From: a virus
Taxonomy: Duplodnaviria; Heunggongvirae; Uroviricota; Caudoviricetes
Virus record (IMG/VR): IMGVR_UViG_2718218136_000001
Length of the DNA: 64,000 nucleotides
Strand: one strand, 5' to 3'
Notes under the pieces: generated by a model
Database searches by the model: none
What the model was told of the DNA's origin: nothing
The model's input: the letters and a program-made list of their open reading frames with translations, nothing else
Made by a program: the position numbers and the translations under genes
In this document: piece by piece, positions 46,200 to 56,576 of the stretch
Position numbering within the stretch: the stretch's first letter is position 1
How the letters are laid out: the number at the start of each line of letters is the position of its first letter

Positions 46200-46495
46200 T
46201 GGCTATTAGATGTGTGCTGGAGGGATGATGCAGGACCAGAATGTGCGATAGAGGGAAGTCGCATTAAATTATGTGCTGTGGAGGGATCGCTGGTATCAAA
46301 TATGTGTGCTGGAGGGAAAGGCAGAGAATTACATGTGCACTGGAGGGAAAAACGGATGGACAGATGTGTGCTGGAGGGAAAGTCTGGGCAAACTGCGGGG
46401 CGTCCCCCTCCAGCGCACATCAAAAACAGGAAATTGGACAAGCCTTCCCGGCAGCACACATTTTTTTAATGCAGCTTCCCTCCAGCACACACTTA
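46200..46495. repeat. incA-like iteron array (~8-9 copies of GATGTGTGCTGGAGGGAAA in both orientations)
   Basis: Repeats read directly downstream of repA. Confidence 0.8.
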
Positions 46496-47353
46496 TTCTG
46501 GGAGTTTCAGCTTTGGATTGCGAGAATGGACGATTACAAAACTTTCCCGGCCTTTCTTCTCAATTGAACAGTCGAGATAGCCGATTGTTTTAAGCTGTTC
46601 TATCGCTTTCTTAATGATACGGTTTTGCTCGCCAACAGCTGACTGCAAAGCCAGGCGCTCACGGATTCGGGCGAAAGATAGCGGCAACGGATTCTGCGGA
46701 AGGCTTTCGATGAAAGTGTAAATGGCTTGTGCAGCTTCTTTCTTCGGAAGGGCACGCAAGGCGTGGTGTTGCAACAGAACGCGATAATCAAGCTGGAACA
46801 GCTCCCACAGCTTCGAATCAGCCTCCAGCTCTATCAGATCAAGGTCAGCATCAAAACGACCGACCTTTAGCAGACCAGTCTGATAGCCGCCTTTAGCATC
46901 TTTTCCGCGCTTAAAAGCGATACCCTTGTTACGTAAGCGTCCAAGTGATTCATGAATGGTTAAACGCAGTTTCGCATCCAGACGTTTTGAGGGGAAACCA
47001 CAGGCTTTAGCGAATTCCTGAAACGATAACTGGATGGTGTTTGAGGACAAGCCGTATTTGCTGAACGCGTAGATGACACCGATCCACGTTTTGAAATCAG
47101 TATCCATATCGAGTCGAGGACCGGTGATTTTAATATCATCGTAACCCTCGGCTTTAGCTATCTCCAGCTGGGAAAACGCTTTGGTGGCATCAATCTCTTT
47201 ACTTTCTCCTTTGCTCTTTGATGGCTTCGGAACGAATACCCCCAAGCGCATCAACGCTACAGGCTGGACAGTGTTGTTTGAATTAACTGTTAGTTCTTTT
47301 GCCTTACTTTCAATGTCTGCGTAAAGAATATCGGAGATAAATGATTGATTCAT
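46493..47353 (-). CDS. repA: plasmid replication initiator RepA (286 aa)
   Basis: Flanked by iteron arrays; sequence recognised as P1-type RepA. Confidence 0.9.
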   Translation of the reverse strand: MNQSFISDILYADIESKAKELTVNSNNTVQPVALMRLGVFVPKPSKSKGESKEIDATKAFSQLEIAKAEGYDDIKITGPRLDMDTDFKTWIGVIYAFSKYGLSSNTIQLSFQEFAKACGFPSKRLDAKLRLTIHESLGRLRNKGIAFKRGKDAKGGYQTGLLKVGRFDADLDLIELEADSKLWELFQLDYRVLLQHHALRALPKKEAAQAIYTFIESLPQNPLPLSFARIRERLALQSAVGEQNRIIKKAIEQLKTIGYLDCSIEKKGRESFVIVHSRNPKLKLPE

Positions 47354-47354
47354 A

Positions 47355-47640
47355 TTACTTTTTCCGAATTATGTGGATAGTTTTTATAAGTGGTGATAAC
47401 TACCCAGGCTTTCCCGTCAGCACACATCCTATATCCCGCCAGCACACATTAGCAACCCGTCAGCACACATTTTTATCCCTCCAGCACACATCGTTTTCCC
47501 TCCAGCACACATCGCGATACACTTCTAAGCCAGACGTGGCGCGGCCTGCAACGATCAGGGATCTATATGGATCTAATTGGGATCTGTATGGACCTAATTA
47601 TTGGATCTACCCAGTGGATAATGTGGATAAGTGAAAAACC
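47355..47640. promoter_or_regulatory. plasmid origin oriR with incC iterons (5 copies), DnaA boxes (TGTGGATAG 47378-47386; AGTGGATAA/TGTGGATAA ~47614-47630) and five GATC heptamer repeats (47551-47600)
   Basis: Read directly. Confidence 0.8.
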
Positions 47641-47670
47641 GGCCAACATAGCCGGTTGGAAGGAAGGGTA

Positions 47671-48063
47671 TTATTCTACGCTTTCGATAAGAAGACCATG
47701 TTCATAGCATTTAAGCTCATCGCCTTCATACAGGAACTGGTATCCAATACCACCATATTCAGGCACATTAGGGAATAACTCATCACTTACCGAAGAACAA
47801 ATCACACCAATGCAGCGATCAACGCCTTCTCGTTCTTCAGTGCTGAAAAAATCCTCTTCGGTAAGAACATGAGTGCATTGCTCATCAGCATAGGTCGGAA
47901 ATACATGCTCGATGCAATCCGGGTGTTTTAAACCAAGCTGATCGGCAAGCTCGAAAGCATGACGGTATTGTTCAGATCCTGGCTTGCCAACAGTGATTTG
48001 CTCAATTTTGTAGATTGAAGTCGCTTTGTTGATAGTTTGCTTTACTGTTACTTTATCAGACAT
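47671..48063 (-). CDS. hypothetical protein (130 aa)
   Basis: ORF track. Confidence 0.4.
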   Translation of the reverse strand: MSDKVTVKQTINKATSIYKIEQITVGKPGSEQYRHAFELADQLGLKHPDCIEHVFPTYADEQCTHVLTEEDFFSTEEREGVDRCIGVICSSVSDELFPNVPEYGGIGYQFLYEGDELKCYEHGLLIESVE

Positions 48064-48074
48064 AAAAATCCCTT

Positions 48075-48407
48075 TTAGTTACCACTGATAGCGTGGTTGT
48101 AATCATTAACGTTGCGATTCTTCCTGTTAATCCCCATCAGCATCGTTTCTGTATCAAGGATATAGGCTGGCAGATCATCAAAATATTCACTGCTAAACTC
48201 TGGCATCCTGCACATAAACGCACTTTTGGGGGCAGGGTGATTAACCTTTGTCGGCGTCGGCGTTAAATTCGCTGATCGACTCCCGGAGCAACCGCTGAGT
48301 GTCAACAGGAATGCGCTGGCGAACACTACCCGACGCAACCAGTTGTTTCTGAACTTCAGCTTTTCGTTCCATTTGCCTGTCAGCATATTTGGCTTGTTCT
48401 GATTCAT
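48075..48407 (-). CDS. o-spanin-like outer-membrane lipoprotein, overlapping i-spanin 3' end in another frame
   Basis: Lipobox LTLSGC followed by proline-rich segment; true start probably internal. Confidence 0.45.
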   Translation of the reverse strand: MNQNKPNMLTGKWNEKLKFRNNWLRRVVFASAFLLTLSGCSGSRSANLTPTPTKVNHPAPKSAFMCRMPEFSSEYFDDLPAYILDTETMLMGINRKNRNVNDYNHAISGN

Positions 48408-48690
48408 TTTTCACTTCCTGGCTGTGAAAATGTTGCTCTGCTTTGTTCATCGTCTCAATGGTCTGGTTAAGATCCATTATTGACTTATCACGTTCCTTAA
48501 CAGCCTGATCAAGACTGCCAATTTTCTCCATGGCTTGCTTTAGCTGATGACGTTCCCATGCAAACCCAGCACCAACAAGTGCGCAAATCAGAACAAGAAC
48601 ACCAGTAGCAGCAAGTTTCTCCTTCAAAGACAAAGCTGTTTTTAACGTAGAAAAGAATGACATGTCTTCCTCCTGAAGAAAAATTATCAA
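48241..48690 (-). CDS. i-spanin-like protein (N-terminal TM helix + coiled coil)
   Basis: TM segment AATGVLVLICALVGAGFAW followed by coiled-coil region. Confidence 0.45.
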   Translation of the reverse strand: MIIFLQEEDMSFFSTLKTALSLKEKLAATGVLVLICALVGAGFAWERHQLKQAMEKIGSLDQAVKERDKSIMDLNQTIETMNKAEQHFHSQEVKNESEQAKYADRQMERKAEVQKQLVASGSVRQRIPVDTQRLLRESISEFNADADKG

Positions 48691-48702
48691 TGAAGTCCTT
48701 TG

Positions 48703-49548
48703 TTACTGTGCCGCTTTGTTTAATTCATCAAGAACAGAATCAGGAACCAAAGCGGCAACTGCGCTGGCTGTGCTGGCCTTATTTGCTGATGCTTCCGCAA
48801 GCGCGGTACCGATAGCATGGTTATAAGCAGTTATGGCTACGTTGGCGCTTTCATTCGCTCGTTCATACTGCTGTTGTAACGCAGTTGTGGGCGCTGTTGT
48901 CTGGTTGAAAACAACCCCAAACTGTTCAGTTGCTACTTTCAGAGATTCAATTTGCTCTTCTGTTAGTGCTGGTGGGGGAGTGGCAGTGCCGCCGCCTGAA
49001 CCAGAGCCTGACGAGCTTCCTGAGCCAGTGTTAAGGGTCTGGTTAATCTCCCCCATAGCAGCAACTAAACTTGATGTATTAAGCGCGTTTACAGCGTCCT
49101 CAAGCGATTTAGTAATAGTCACATCACCAATGGCAATAGAGATCGGCAGTTCTGAAACTTCTCGCTCATTAGCACGGCAGTAAACATCCCAACCAATATC
49201 GAGTTGAAGCAGCATTGACAGATCTGCATAACCAGCCAACAGGTCCGCGTGCTTAGTTGCCAGTTCGACAATGTTCGTTAAGCCTGTTGTGGTTGTTCTG
49301 ATCGTTGAAACATAACTGGTAATAGTGTCGGGATAGACAATTGTATCCAAAATTAATCCGATCAATTCTTCTGCAAGCTGTTTTGCCGTGTTAGCACTGT
49401 TTCGTGCCGATGTTATGGCACCAAGTGTTTTCATCCCACCGGCTGCGGCCAATTTTTTATATGCGGATAACTGGTAGTCTTTTTCCAGCATGATATCTCC
49501 TAACTTACCTGAACTAGGCCGTCTCCGGACGCTACGGTAGATCCGCAT
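48703..49548 (-). CDS. hypothetical protein (281 aa) with Gly/Ser-rich linker
   Basis: ORF track. Confidence 0.35.
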   Translation of the reverse strand: MRIYRSVRRRPSSGKLGDIMLEKDYQLSAYKKLAAAGGMKTLGAITSARNSANTAKQLAEELIGLILDTIVYPDTITSYVSTIRTTTTGLTNIVELATKHADLLAGYADLSMLLQLDIGWDVYCRANEREVSELPISIAIGDVTITKSLEDAVNALNTSSLVAAMGEINQTLNTGSGSSSGSGSGGGTATPPPALTEEQIESLKVATEQFGVVFNQTTAPTTALQQQYERANESANVAITAYNHAIGTALAEASANKASTASAVAALVPDSVLDELNKAAQ

Positions 49549-49784
49549 GAAACAGGGTCACCAACGCATACGATCCCTTTACCATTGACGGTAAACCATG
49601 CCCTGGTTGATATAGCTTGCCCACCGTGCGTACTGTTTCCATCGGTATGCTGTGCATATTGCTTACCATCAACTAACACTTCGACTCCGTTGACTTTAAG
49701 TAGTGGTTCACTCTCTACAGGAGGCCTGGATGGGAATCCTCCGTGCCCCGAACAAATGCTGTCTTTTGTTGCAATACTTGCCAC
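49500..49784 (-). CDS. PAAR-like spike-tip protein (94 aa)
   Basis: Repeated G.P..CG/HGG motifs typical of PAAR fold. Confidence 0.4.
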   Translation of the reverse strand: MASIATKDSICSGHGGFPSRPPVESEPLLKVNGVEVLVDGKQYAQHTDGNSTHGGQAISTRAWFTVNGKGIVCVGDPVSCGSTVASGDGLVQVS

Positions 49785-49865
49785 GTCGTCACCAATGATT
49801 TGCTCTGATTTTCGTTATTTTAACTTAGGTTATTTGTGGTCTGTATGGCGTTTACTTATTACAAA

Positions 49866-49882
49866 ATTGCTCTAATAAATAT
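49866..49882. promoter_or_regulatory. C1 operator (ATTGCTCTAATAAATaT, 16/17) upstream of uhr-hrdC-dmt operon
   Basis: Read directly. Confidence 0.55.
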
Positions 49883-49953
49883 TGTTTTTTATATCGTGTT
49901 TTCGGTACCATTCAGCCATCGCCCTTCAATGGGCATTTGTTTGGAGTCGTCAG

Positions 49954-50238
49954 ATGCAGATGGAGCTAATAAGCCGCAAGGAGTTCGATAGCCGTGTAAC
50001 CAGCGGTGAACTCGACAACTTGCAGGCTATCAAGGTGAAAGAAGGCTTTTGCCTCATTGGGAATCAGAGCGGAACAAATCGCGTTTTTATGCTTCGCCGT
50101 ACGGATTTGAAGCCATTTGTCTGGAAGAACGAAATTGGTCCCAGCTCATACGCTCAAATGAGGGGGTGCCACAACTTGGCCTTTTTCTACAAAGACGAGC
50201 TTTCTGTGGTTGATATTCAAGGGTTACAACATGTTTAA
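49954..50238 (+). CDS. small protein upstream of hrdC (Uhr-like, ~94 aa)
   Basis: Internal ATG of ORF 49882..50238. Confidence 0.35.
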   Translation: MQMELISRKEFDSRVTSGELDNLQAIKVKEGFCLIGNQSGTNRVFMLRRTDLKPFVWKNEIGPSSYAQMRGCHNLAFFYKDELSVVDIQGLQHV

Positions 50239-51136
50239 GCACTGGAAAAATATTACTATTTATAAACTTTCTCGTGAGGCGGATCTGACCGACTTAGAAG
50301 ATAAAAAGAAAATGATCCTTTTCACGCCATGCGGTAGTCAGGATATGGCCAAGTTCGGTTTTGTATCGCCATTTGGTGATAATTCCGAAGTTATCGCTAT
50401 GCATGGAAATGGTTTTATCCTTGTTGAAGCAAAGCGCGAAACAAAAATTCTTCCCCCGCCGGTTATCCAGCGAGCTATTCAAGAAAAAATTGAAAAACTT
50501 GAGCAAGAACAAGCGCGTAAACTGAAGAAAACAGAGAAGGACTCCCTGAAAGACGAAGTTCTGCATTCTCTTCTGCCACGGGCTTTTTCAAAGTTTTCTG
50601 TTATCCAGGCGATCTACGACGGTTCAACTAAACGTATCTATATCAATGCCAGCGCGCGGCAGGCAGAGGATATGCTCGCGCTTATGCGTAAGTCTCTGGG
50701 TTCTCTTCCTGTTGTGCCACTAAGTGTTGAAAATCCCATTGAGTTAACGCTGACCGACTGGGTACGTGATGCTAGTGCTCCACAGGGATTTCAAATGGGG
50801 GATGCGGCAGAACTTAAGGCAGTGCTTGAGGATGGCGGTATCGCCCGAGTGAAAAAGCAGGATTTGGGAAGCGATGAAATTTCCACACACCTGGAAGCTG
50901 GCAAGCTCGTCACTAAGTTGGCACTCGACTGGCAGAACCGCATTAAATTTACACTGGACCATAACTTCAGCATTACCAGCGTCAATTTTGCGGATGAATT
51001 GCTTGAGCAGAACTCTGATATTGATAGTGAAGATGTTGCGCAGCGACTGGACGCAGATTTCTTCCTATTGACCAGTGAAATTTCGTGCCTGGTTGATGCT
51101 CTGGTAAATGCCCTTGGTGGAGAGGCTAAGCAGTGA
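50231..51136 (+). CDS. hrdC: RdgC-family recombination-associated protein (HrdC-like)
   Basis: Close resemblance to RdgC throughout ([44 protein letters not shown]). Confidence 0.8.
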   Translation: MFKHWKNITIYKLSREADLTDLEDKKKMILFTPCGSQDMAKFGFVSPFGDNSEVIAMHGNGFILVEAKRETKILPPPVIQRAIQEKIEKLEQEQARKLKKTEKDSLKDEVLHSLLPRAFSKFSVIQAIYDGSTKRIYINASARQAEDMLALMRKSLGSLPVVPLSVENPIELTLTDWVRDASAPQGFQMGDAAELKAVLEDGGIARVKKQDLGSDEISTHLEAGKLVTKLALDWQNRIKFTLDHNFSITSVNFADELLEQNSDIDSEDVAQRLDADFFLLTSEISCLVDALVNALGGEAKQ

Positions 51137-54100
51137 AAGAGCTGTGCTATGGATCTGTTTGCAGTGGAATTGAAGCCGCGAGTATTGCCTGGGAACCGTT
51201 GGGTATGCGTCCGGTTTGGTTTGCTGAAATCGAGCCTTTTCCATCGGCCGTTCTTGCGCTCCGCTGGCCCCATGTCGCCAACCTTGGCGACATGACAAAA
51301 CTTGCCAAAAAAGTCTTGGCTGGGGAAATCGAATCCCCTGACGTGCTCGTCGGGGGAACACCATGTTTTACCGCGGGGCATATGGTTCTTTGTAAAAATG
51401 GTTATAAACCAATAGAAGATGTTTGCCCTGGCGATTACGTAGTCAGTCATCTCGGGCGGTTACAACAAGTAAAAAGAGTTGGTTCAAAAATAGCTAATAC
51501 GGGGTTACTTAATGCCGTTGGGCAGCCTTTAGGTATAAGAACAACCAATGACCATCCCTTCCTGGCTGTTCGGTGGAAAGCCCAAAACACCCGGAAAAAT
51601 GGCACATATTTTAAGAGAGAGTTGTTGTCTGAACCGGAATGGCGAGCAGCATGTGATATGCCGGGATATCAATGGTGCGCTCTAACTAATTTCAATATTG
51701 CATCTCCAGATATTTGTTCTCGGTTCTTGTCTGAAGAACAGGCTATGTATCTTGCGGGCGCTTATGTTGGCGATGGATATATTAGGAGATGGAGAGGTAA
51801 ATCTAAGAAGGCGGTTGTTTTTGGCATAAATTGCCAGAAATTGAGAAAGTTTCATTGCCGCATACCAGAAAACATATTTTCCGTGGCAAGCGAAATCCGA
51901 GGGAGCATCAAAGTAACCTTGAATGATACGTGTTATGCCAATTGGCTTAATGAACATTTTGGCGAGTTAAGCCATGCTAAGCGTATCCCTGCATGGGTGA
52001 TGTCGCATCCATTGCGTCATGTGTTTTTACAAGGCTATCTTGATACTGATGGGACACCAAGTGGTAAAGCGGGATTTAGAATTAATAGTGTTAGTCCTGC
52101 GCTTGCTTGGGGCGTTGCGGGGTTGTCACAGACTTGTGGTTATGTTTCTTCGGTCAGCTTTATTGAAGTTGAGCCCAAAAAAGTGATCGAGGATCGCGTG
52201 GTAAATCAACGGAATTATTATCAGGTAACAATCTGCCCGCAGAAATTGTCACGTAAATCAAGATTGGCTCATGGAATGCTTTTACGAACAGTCAAAGAGT
52301 TTAAATCGGTAGGCCTAGATACTGTATACAACATAGAAGTCGAAGGTGATCATTCCTATATCCTCAATGGTGCGGTGGTCCATAACTGTCAGGCATTCAG
52401 TATCGCGGGCTTACGTGGTGGGCTTGATGATGAACGCGGCGCGCTAACTTTGAAGTATGTGGAGCTTGCAAATGCAATTGACGACAAACGGTCTGAGTCC
52501 TTCCTCAAACCGACAGTTATCGTCTGGGAAAATGTCCCAGGAGTCCTGTCATCGGCAGATAACGCCTTCGGATGTTTCCTTGCCGGATTGGCTGGAGAAG
52601 ATGCGCCATTTGAACCAGGTGATCGACCTGAATCAGGAAAAAGTAACGCGTTCTGGCGGTGGGATGGCAAAACCGGTTGCCATGCTCCAAAGTGGCCGCA
52701 GTGTGGTTGTATTTATGGACCGCAGCGAAAGGTGGCCTGGAGAATCCTTGATGCCCAATACTTCGGAGTGGCACAACGACGCCGACGCGTGTTTGTTGTC
52801 GCAAGTGCTCGAACAGACCTCGATCCCGCAACGGTACTTTTTGAGTTCGAAGGCGTGCGTCGGAATATTGCGCCGAGCCGAAAAAAGAAGGAAATCGCTT
52901 CCGCCATTATTGCAAATGGCGCTGCAATCAGTGGCGAAAGCCTAAATCCATGCCTACACGCTGACATGCCACCCGGTATGAAATCGACGAAAGCCGTAAA
53001 CGCTTTCAGGATGGCAGCATTTGGGGAATATATTGACGATGAAACCGCATCGACAGTAAAGGCAAGAGATTTTAAAGATGCCACTGACCTTGCCGTTTTT
53101 AGCAGCACAGGAGCAGGTTTTTGGTCAGAAGGGCATGGTACATTGCGGGCACGTGAGCAAGAAAGCCATGAGCATCTTGTTACATTGGTTTTTCCTGAGC
53201 GTATGAGCGGTACACAACATGCTGAAACTAAGAATACTTCACCATCTCTAATGGCTAAAAATCCAACAGCTGTTTGCTATGAAGTAAGAAACGCAGAAGT
53301 AGCTGTCCGCCGTCTTACCCCTGTCGAATGTGAAAGGCTGCAAGGTTTTCCTGATGGGCATACGTTGATCCCGACGGAAAAGCGTAAAAAAGTTAATTCA
53401 GATGAACTGGCATATCTTCGCAATCACTATCCAGATTTAAGCGAAGAAGAGGCCGCGATGCTTGCAGCTGACGGACCGCGTTACAAAGCGATCGGCAATA
53501 GTATGGCAATACCAGTAATGCGCTGGATTGGCGATCGGATTACTAAGGCCGTATGTCGGCAGAAAGAAGGAAGTGAAACAAAAGAGCGAAAAGTTAAACC
53601 AGCGGCAGAATTCGAACGGTCCATATTCAAATGGGCTGGTGGAAAATTTGGTGTTCTGGAACAAATCTTTCGCTATTTGCCAGAAGGGAAGCGCCTGATC
53701 GAACCTTTTGTCGGTGGCGGAGCTGTCTTCACGAATGCCGGATACCAGGAAAATCTGCTAAATGATGTGAATGCTGACCTGATTAACTTTTACAAGACTC
53801 TGCAACGCGAGGCGCATTCACTTATCACACTGGCGCATCGTTTCTTCCAGGACTACAACACACAGGAAGGATACCTGGCAGTACGGAATGCGTTTAACAA
53901 ACAAGTCTATGATGATTTACATCGCGCAGCGGCGTTTTTGTTCCTGAACCGACATTGTTTTAACGGATTGACGCGTTACAACCAGGCCGGTGAGTTCAAT
54001 GTCGGTTATGGGAAGTATAAAACTCCGTATTTCCCATTACAGGAGATGGAAGCCTTCCTCGGTGCGGAAGGGCGGTCTGAGTTTGTATGCGGTGATTTTG

Positions 54101-54420
54101 CAGCGGTGATTGAAGCTGCCGGAGAAGGAGATGTCATCTTTTGCGATCCGCCGTATGAACCGCTTCCAAATACAGAGGGATTCACGAACTATTCCGGTCA
54201 TGACTTTAAGTTTGAAGAGCAAAAACGCCTGGTGTCTCTGTTGACGGATGCTCATCGCCGAGGTGCAAAGGTTCTCATTACTAACAGTGGCGCGCCAAAC
54301 ATCAGAGAGCTTTATCATGACAATGGCTTCAGAGTGGAACCTCTTTTTGCCAGACGTTCTGTGTCTTGTAAGGGGGACACTCGAGGTGTTGCTCATGACG
54401 CCTTAGGTATATTGCTCTAA
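51133..54420 (+). CDS. dmt: bifunctional DNA methyltransferase Dmt (N-terminal C5-cytosine MTase + C-terminal Dam-like N6-adenine MTase), intein-containing precursor (1095 aa)
   Basis: C5 motifs I (SVCSGIEAA), IV split GGTP|C..intein..|[10 protein letters not shown] (VWENVPG), VIII (QRRRRVFVV), IX-X ([26 protein letters not shown]); Dam motifs [21 protein letters not shown]; GTG start overlaps hrdC stop. Confidence 0.85.
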   Translation: MKELCYGSVCSGIEAASIAWEPLGMRPVWFAEIEPFPSAVLALRWPHVANLGDMTKLAKKVLAGEIESPDVLVGGTPCFTAGHMVLCKNGYKPIEDVCPGDYVVSHLGRLQQVKRVGSKIANTGLLNAVGQPLGIRTTNDHPFLAVRWKAQNTRKNGTYFKRELLSEPEWRAACDMPGYQWCALTNFNIASPDICSRFLSEEQAMYLAGAYVGDGYIRRWRGKSKKAVVFGINCQKLRKFHCRIPENIFSVASEIRGSIKVTLNDTCYANWLNEHFGELSHAKRIPAWVMSHPLRHVFLQGYLDTDGTPSGKAGFRINSVSPALAWGVAGLSQTCGYVSSVSFIEVEPKKVIEDRVVNQRNYYQVTICPQKLSRKSRLAHGMLLRTVKEFKSVGLDTVYNIEVEGDHSYILNGAVVHNCQAFSIAGLRGGLDDERGALTLKYVELANAIDDKRSESFLKPTVIVWENVPGVLSSADNAFGCFLAGLAGEDAPFEPGDRPESGKSNAFWRWDGKTGCHAPKWPQCGCIYGPQRKVAWRILDAQYFGVAQRRRRVFVVASARTDLDPATVLFEFEGVRRNIAPSRKKKEIASAIIANGAAISGESLNPCLHADMPPGMKSTKAVNAFRMAAFGEYIDDETASTVKARDFKDATDLAVFSSTGAGFWSEGHGTLRAREQESHEHLVTLVFPERMSGTQHAETKNTSPSLMAKNPTAVCYEVRNAEVAVRRLTPVECERLQGFPDGHTLIPTEKRKKVNSDELAYLRNHYPDLSEEEAAMLAADGPRYKAIGNSMAIPVMRWIGDRITKAVCRQKEGSETKERKVKPAAEFERSIFKWAGGKFGVLEQIFRYLPEGKRLIEPFVGGGAVFTNAGYQENLLNDVNADLINFYKTLQREAHSLITLAHRFFQDYNTQEGYLAVRNAFNKQVYDDLHRAAAFLFLNRHCFNGLTRYNQAGEFNVGYGKYKTPYFPLQEMEAFLGAEGRSEFVCGDFAAVIEAAGEGDVIFCDPPYEPLPNTEGFTNYSGHDFKFEEQKRLVSLLTDAHRRGAKVLITNSGAPNIRELYHDNGFRVEPLFARRSVSCKGDTRGVAHDALGILL
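51364..52386 (+). mobile_element. intein (341 aa) with LAGLIDADG homing-endonuclease domain inserted at catalytic Cys of C5-MTase motif IV
   Basis: Begins CFTAGHMVL, block [18 protein letters not shown] motifs [11 protein letters not shown] and [11 protein letters not shown], ends ...GAVVHN followed by +1 Cys; in frame, exteins rejoin to GGTPCQAFS. Confidence 0.8.
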
Positions 54421-54428
54421 TAAATTTA
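54412..54428. promoter_or_regulatory. C1 operator (ATTGCTCTAATAAATTT, 17/17 consensus) overlapping dmt stop
   Basis: Read directly. Confidence 0.6.
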
Positions 54429-54601
54429 TTAGTGTAATATCGTCTCAATGAATCGTGATTTATAGAGCGATTTAGCTGTTAGCCGCGACAGGCGCGGCGG
54501 TAAGCATGGCTGGGCCTAGTCCTCCCAGACAAACCACCGAGTTGCCAGGTTGACCATGCGCCTAAGTGGCAACGCCGAAGTGCGTTACGAGCTTCCAGTT
54601 T

Positions 54602-54627
54602 GCCCATCTTCGGGTGGGCGTTTTTTT
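54602..54627 (+). terminator. rho-independent terminator gcccatc-ttcg-ggtgggc followed by gTTTTTTT
   Basis: Hairpin plus U-tract. Confidence 0.6.
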
Positions 54628-55092
54628 CAGGGTTTTCGTCATGGTTAGCGACTTTGCGGCGGTTTAGAAACTGACCATTAAAGTAAATGCAAACGATGAT
54701 CTGATGATGGTAGCGGCCTAAGAAGCCAGACGCCACGGGGTATGAGTCGTCCCCCGTCAAAAAATCGACCGCAGAGTGTCCCCGTCTGTGTATTAGGGAA
54801 CGGGGAGGCACAACAGGTAAGGGCGCTGGTGTGATTAACCAGATGAACGAGAAGGGGCCATCTGTTGGTCAGCGTCCTTTCCTGTTGCGTCTTCTTTTCA
54901 GCGTAACAGCGGTGCTTAACAGCACTGTGGGTACAGTTCCACGAATTTACGGGTATATCCCGTCATGCTGAAAGCGCTAATCACGCTGGAAGCCAGGGTT
55001 ATGCATCCCCTGTTACCGAATTGCAGCCAGGGCGCGGTGCGCCGAAAAGCATACGGAGGTGGAAGCCCTCGCCGGAGACGTACCCGGCAAGT

Positions 55093-55168
55093 GATGGTGT
55101 AGCTCAGCGGTTAGAGCGGTTGACTGTTAATCAACGGGTCGATGGTTCAAATCCATCCACCATCGCCA
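55093..55168 (+). tRNA. tRNA-Asn (anticodon GUU), CCA encoded
   Basis: Cloverleaf folded by hand: 7-bp acceptor stem, anticodon loop CUGUUAA, T-loop GGTTCAAATCC. Confidence 0.85.
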
Positions 55169-55170
55169 AT

Positions 55171-55246
55171 GCTGGTTTAGCTCAGTTGGTAGAGCGCCTG
55201 CCTTGTAAGCAGGATGTCAGCGGTTCGAGTCCGTTAACCGGCACCA
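55171..55246 (+). tRNA. tRNA-Thr (anticodon UGU), CCA encoded
   Basis: Cloverleaf by hand: anticodon loop CUUGUAA, T-loop GGTTCGAGTCC. Confidence 0.85.
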
Positions 55247-55977
55247 GCACAACAGGTAAGGGTATTTTGCGACGTCGGAGATCGCCGAGCTTGGCAGAGG
55301 GTTCGAATCCCTACGAAGTGCCCTTACCGTTGTGATGAAGTGCAGCTCTTTGAAGCAACCAGAAGATAAGCATCTGGCTTCACAACATAAACCGCAGGAA
55401 CGACCAATAAACGGTAGTCCGTATGGAGAACACCCCGTTGAGGAAGAGGCCTGGCCGGAACCGTAACCGGCACTACAACGTTGAGAACACTGGCGTAACG
55501 GGGTCATATCCCAATCTACGAATAAATGTTGCGTTGCAGCGTGACAACCAGTGTTCTCAACATTGTGGTGAATGCACAGGCTGATGTGCCGCAACTACAG
55601 TAGTGCGCGCTTTGCGGGGCTTGCTATAACCCTGTGTCGGAGTTCAGCACCGATCATCACAGTTTGATTCTCTGGCATGAGCATAACGCTGAAATAAGTC
55701 CAGTCTGGTGCGGCCCGATCACCCGCCGTTAGCTCCACGAAACGGAGCACGTAACAGGTAAGAGCATTCTCCTGTAACGGGTTCATATCCCAATCTACAG
55801 GTCCACCAGGAATGCTCTTTCCGTTGCGGTGAATGCGGCTAAGCGCACGCGGAACAGTTAAAACAATCCTCCTTAATGGTTAAACATTCCGGCGTTAATT
55901 GTTAACTGGTTAACGTCACCGGGAGGCACTCGGCACCGCAATCTAATAAATATGTCACTTTTATTGAGGGATAACCA

Positions 55978-56412
55978 ATGTTCGGTAAATTGTTCGGCAA
56001 GAAAGTCGCTTCTGCAAAAGTAGAGCTGAAAAAAGTTGAGAATCGAGATCTGATGGAGGCCATCATCGGTGGCTGTTTGTTGGTATCTGCCGCTGATGGT
56101 GAAATCGAAAAAGAAGAAACAGCGAAACTTGATCAGCTTGTCCGCTCTAATCCGCGTCTTAGTCATTTTGGTAACGAAATTACTGCAACAATTACCCGCT
56201 TTACCGAGCAACTGGAAGCTGGCTTCCGTGTTGGTCGCATGAATATCCTTCGCGAAATTGAAGATATCAAAAACGATCCAAAAGAAGCGGAAGAAGTATT
56301 CGTTAACATGCTGACAATTGCAGAAGCGGACGGTGAAATCGAGCCAGCAGAACACAAAGTACTGGAAGAAGTAGGCCGTCGTTTAGGTCTTCGTGTGGAA
56401 GATTATCTGTAA
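55978..56412 (+). CDS. TerB-like tellurite-resistance-family protein (144 aa)
   Basis: Duplicated SAADGEIEKEE / AEADGEIEPAEH motifs typical of TerB fold. Confidence 0.6.
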   Translation: MFGKLFGKKVASAKVELKKVENRDLMEAIIGGCLLVSAADGEIEKEETAKLDQLVRSNPRLSHFGNEITATITRFTEQLEAGFRVGRMNILREIEDIKNDPKEAEEVFVNMLTIAEADGEIEPAEHKVLEEVGRRLGLRVEDYL

Positions 56413-56576
56413 TGGCAAGCAAGGCACGTATCGCAATCGCCATTGGTTTTCTCTTGCTGTCCGTGCTGGTGGATTTCACCAGCACAATCCTGTCAGTTTT
56501 ATCGGACGGGGCGTTGGTGGCAGTAGCTGTAACATTGGTATGGCCGATATTAAAAACAGCTTCTAAGGATCAGTGA
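56412..56576 (+). CDS. small membrane protein (54 aa), translationally coupled (TAATG)
   Basis: Hand translation MASKARIAIAIGFLLLSVLVDF...; below ORF-track cutoff. Confidence 0.4.
   Translation: MASKARIAIAIGFLLLSVLVDFTSTILSVLSDGALVAVAVTLVWPILKTASKDQ

Noticed and set aside
46200-47530. Direct and inverted short repeats that could be mistaken for a CRISPR array
   Set aside because: 19-bp units with irregular spacing and both orientations flanking repA are plasmid iterons (incA/incC); no CRISPR-like repeat-spacer periodicity and no cas genes
51364-52386. A free-standing LAGLIDADG homing endonuclease gene inside dmt
   Set aside because: The segment has no start or stop of its own, is in frame with both flanks and has canonical intein termini, so it is an intein rather than a separate gene or intron ORF
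55021-55335. 104-aa ORF overlapping the tRNA genes
   Set aside because: It runs straight through two well-formed tRNA cloverleafs on the same strand, so it is a spurious frame
55247-55335. A third tRNA gene immediately after tRNA-Thr
   Set aside because: A T-arm-like sequence is present, but no 7-bp acceptor pairing, D-arm or anticodon arm can be drawn and there is no CCA end; kept as a finding about tRNA-like repeats instead
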